DNA from: a virus
DNA: 64,000 nt
IMG/VR virus record: IMGVR_UViG_3300045988_135688
Direction: 5' to 3' (one strand)
The notes beneath the pieces were generated by a model, which saw nothing but the letters and a program-made list of their open reading frames with translations, ran no database searches and was not told the origin of the DNA. The stretch's first letter is position 1, and every line of letters starts with the position of its first letter. This document shows, in pieces, positions 62,401 to 64,000 of the stretch. Position numbers and translations under genes: made by a program.

Positions 62401-64000
62401 AACCCAAACTTGTTATACCCTTCAAGATAATTGCTATTTAAATTATTAACAAGCGTATTGCTTGAAACTATCAACGGTGATAACCCTGTGGCAACAGTTG
62501 ACATAAACCTAGGTGCTCTCACATCATTTGGAGTGACACGTAAAACTAGTTTGTTGTTATGGTCTACGACACCAAATCCTGCACTATCCGTACTACTTCC
62601 TCTAAGGTTTCCTATATACCAATATGTGTCATACCAGTTGAACCTTAACCCGTTTCTTATAGAAGTTAACCCACCATCATCGTTCCTGATAACTCCGTTA
62701 TCCTTGTAGATATTGGTAATATCACAATTTTCCACTCCCTTGAATACGATTGAGCCGGAAGAAGATGCGGAAGTAAGTGTTCCAGTCATAGTATCGCCAG
62801 CCTTTTTCACCCATCTACCGTCCAATACGGAAGTAGGGATATGACTTGCGTCTATGATTTTACTTGAATCAGCCTTTTTCAATTCAGCCCACATAGCATC
62901 AGCGTCAAGTCCTCCCTGCCCAACCATGTCGTACAGTTTCTTTATCGTGTACGCATTAAACGTATTGTCAAGGTCTGAATCGGAGAAGGTTGTGCCGTCA
63001 GTAAGGTTTGCGAAGCTGTACACGGTCTTTATGACACCACTTCCTCCACCAGCACCACCTGTCTGCACTCCAAGAGCCGTAATCCAACCGTCCGAGTAGA
63101 ATCCTACCGTATTTCCGTCTGTTCTATGCTTCACTCTCAGAGCCTTGTTTGCCGAATCGTAAACAAGTTGAGCATCTCCTATCGTAATGGTATTTGTTGA
63201 CACTGATGGTGCTTGAACATTTCCTGCCTTATCAATCCAAACAGCACCTTCCGTATTATTGTGCCCATTAGGTCTTAGATTTATACTTCCATCTCCGAAG
63301 CTAGCTAGTATTGTATGACCGTTTGAATTTCTTAATGCTACATTTCCATCGGGATATGTTATACCACCGTTATTATTGAATACTATATTCTGACTAAACG
63401 TTTTTCTTCCCGAAATAGTCTGAGCAGTAGTCAAGGTAACGGCATCAGTAATTCCGTACCCTGCCAAAGTGGTAGGATTATCACCAACTGTAACACGCCC
63501 GTAGGTGTCTACAGTAACTTTCGTATATGTACCAGCCTTCACCCCCGTGGTAGCTAGTGACAATGTGCGGTTTGCGGACAGGTTTCCACCTCCCGTAAGA
63601 CCATTTCCTGCACTTATCGTTATGGTTTTGTCCGCTTTCAGTGCAAGAAGTTCGGCTAGGTTGTCGCTTTCCGTAAGACCGTCAAGAAACGCTTCAAGTT
63701 CTTTCCATTTGTTGATGATGTTATCGGTATCGCTTCCCTCTAGGAAGTTGTTCAGCTTATTGCTTAACTGTGTTACGGTATTATTCAGCGTACCCAAGTC
63801 CTGTTGTCTAGCGAATGTTTCCCCGAATACGGCAGTAATGGTTTTTCCGTCAGAACTAAGTGCCATGTCTGTTACGGCATTTCCACTCCCCGACTGGGTG
63901 ATGTTCTTTATACCACCACCTTCCTTCGCCATTTTCCAAATCTCGTTTATCGTGTACGCATTAAACGTATTGTCAAGGTCTGAATCGGAGAAGGTTGTGC
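59430..64000 (-). CDS. giant tail-fibre protein with C-terminal S74 intramolecular-chaperone peptidase domain; reading frame stays open to the right window edge
   Basis: GDTMTG fibre repeats (x2), three ..PYQC.STTLN.NLNAD.LDG modules, and C-terminal SSSDIRLKTDI...YHWN...GLIAQDL (S74). No stop between 63933 and 64000 in frame. Confidence 0.8.
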   Translation of the reverse strand, partial: TTFSDSDLDNTFNAYTINEIWKMAKEGGGIKNITQSGSGNAVTDMALSSDGKTITAVFGETFARQQDLGTLNNTVTQLSNKLNNFLEGSDTDNIINKWKELEAFLDGLTESDNLAELLALKADKTITISAGNGLTGGGNLSANRTLSLATTGVKAGTYTKVTVDTYGRVTVGDNPTTLAGYGITDAVTLTTAQTISGRKTFSQNIVFNNNGGITYPDGNVALRNSNGHTILASFGDGSINLRPNGHNNTEGAVWIDKAGNVQAPSVSTNTITIGDAQLVYDSANKALRVKHRTDGNTVGFYSDGWITALGVQTGGAGGGSGVIKTVYSFANLTDGTTFSDSDLDNTFNAYTIKKLYDMVGQGGLDADAMWAELKKADSSKIIDASHIPTSVLDGRWVKKAGDTMTGTLTSASSSGSIVFKGVENCDITNIYKDNGVIRNDDGGLTSIRNGLRFNWYDTYWYIGNLRGSSTDSAGFGVVDHNNKLVLRVTPNDVRAPRFMSTVATGLSPLIVSSNTLVNNLNSNYLEGYNKFGFIHSNYSASTNGAAYVSGDTHIMLIAEIGIDTTYSTYVILLSNEFWGHQHYSALQLHIACTNNDNNGNKTPRCSVNVMSMVGSHARSVYYKVENNKAYIFIKVGGGNQYGRWASTILQNYDSITTNNANTTGNITLRFAFNQANSGLSDASYVNYISSTGLATSRTLWGQSFDGTANVSGNMTGVGSINMSGVLTIKNSTYNKQLIIWSAGSTAKNQGEGILFRCDDATQGVVLRHEWYDTFVPGYGLAVSKHDSLEAGDANMFFYNTGRFIAKAPQGTSPYQCVSTTLNVNLNADLLDGFHAERFLLSVGRSDGTFDLNTYSERAIKEIRTTEQTTNNAPFAGYGLLANLWDSNKFAALQIGGTSADLFFRGKHDGTNKITSAWHRLLHTENYASIADGRYVKKAGDTMTGDLTMNNTKGFNMGWSTRVVKTTGVWIHGGGDAASSTDANLRFGSWYGIGWYPTISGQTVTQGNNAMWLNVRNGNLDTHGAITAHTNYLAANWDSARRLVLGGGSSYAYIDSRNSSNNVLCNIVLEDNKVFIGNYVESSRFVSTVGTGTQPYQCSSTTLNSNLNADMLDNWHLNFLPRNYNIGRCYAVRFALGGEDNGWKKIFACSESGTGPYKSVTVWGRIWYAYGNHAQSEVWNYHFCAIFYMRSGPSSSDSSVGTVENSARLYLPTFAKGMDNIRLVRVGTNNFELQVRQIGSYHNANIEYQYLYYGCNVSAWENLQSTSNTSVAVSAGGASTLADSRASSADVWTTARTFYIQDHNASHTGAGVSVNGSANVYLKLPNSIQCSGWFRSTGNSGWYHQDYGGGIYMQDSAWVRVFGGKRFYVENGDNTDFNAATAISTEGGIYARKNITSSANIIANGAVTAKASSSDIRLKTDIQGYDAMGIIRKFRSVKYHWNAIAKENSEVFNHDNWNYGLIAQDLLSGGYSQWVKDAFNDYYTIDYERLIPVVWKGLQEVDDEVTRLKKRVKELEKRLGINN
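62941..62995. repeat. 55-bp perfect direct repeat, copy 1 (copy 2 = 63946-64000, cut by the window end)
   Basis: TTTATCGTGTACGCATTAAACGTATTGTCAAGGTCTGAATCGGAGAAGGTTGTGC is identical at both places. Confidence 0.95.

Noticed and set aside
45900-64000. Stop-codon reassignment (TAG or TGA recoding) in the late genes, as seen in some gut Bacteroidota phages
   Set aside because: The late and fibre genes are intact long ORFs under the standard code (429, 676, 578, 367 and over 1500 aa), and no suppressor tRNA gene was seen.
1-64000. tRNA, tmRNA, rRNA genes or CRISPR arrays anywhere in the window
   Set aside because: Scanning the ORF-free gaps by eye (673-1013, 13121-14876, 17802-18115, 25186-25529, 45915-46109, 52709-53129) revealed no cloverleaf-like GTTCGAATC/T-loop signatures and no repeat-spacer arrays. 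This is a visual check only. tRNAscan-SE or ARAGORN should be run.

Overview
The window looks like one contiguous segment of a tailed phage or prophage of a Bacteroidota host. The host call rests on repeated TAnnTTTG -7 promoter boxes, Bacteroides-style lipoprotein signal peptides and a mostly AT-rich sequence. No host chromosomal genes, tRNA, rRNA or CRISPR array were recognised.

Layout:
- (i) 1-13.1 kb, minus strand: replication and early block. It holds a truncated IscB, an SSB-like protein, dUTPase, KilA-N proteins, a Toprim/primase-like protein and a P4/D5-type primase-helicase.
- (ii) 13.1-14.9 kb: ORF-poor divergent control region full of TACGA/TCGTA inverted repeats and palindromes.
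- (iii) 14.9-45.9 kb, plus strand: many small ORFs plus a MazG-like protein, YopX, a TnpB element, YqaJ exonuclease, an SF2 helicase, a VRR-NUC-like nuclease, a beta-clamp-like protein, a tyrosine integrase, and a PP-loop/HAD/radical-SAM operon.
- (iv) 45.9-64 kb, minus strand: late and tail-fibre block, interrupted by plus-strand morons (an HNH homing endonuclease and a C5 DNA methyltransferase).

Main findings:
- The strongest system is a diversity-generating retroelement (DGR). It consists of RT 51419-52708, template repeat 52868-52977 and variable repeat 53151-53260 at the C-terminus of a 676-aa fibre protein. Of 18 TR/VR mismatches, 17 fall on TR adenines. No Avd-like accessory ORF is visible.
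- Two OMEGA-type RNA-guided nuclease genes are present: IscB at the left edge with an upstream omega-RNA-sized gap, and TnpB at 29.7-30.9 kb preceded by an orphan TnpB N-terminal fragment.
- A protein at 32396-33307 is built from 14 tandem 24-bp (octapeptide) repeats.
- A 75-nt intergenic element occurs twice with a covarying stem.
- Early-gene cassettes are duplicated with patchy, roughly 90% nucleotide identity by eye.
- A subset of genes uses strong Shine-Dalgarno sites, unlike the rest of the window.
- A 14-bp perfect inverted repeat brackets the integrase promoter and start codon.

All functional calls come from motif recognition by eye. No database search was run.
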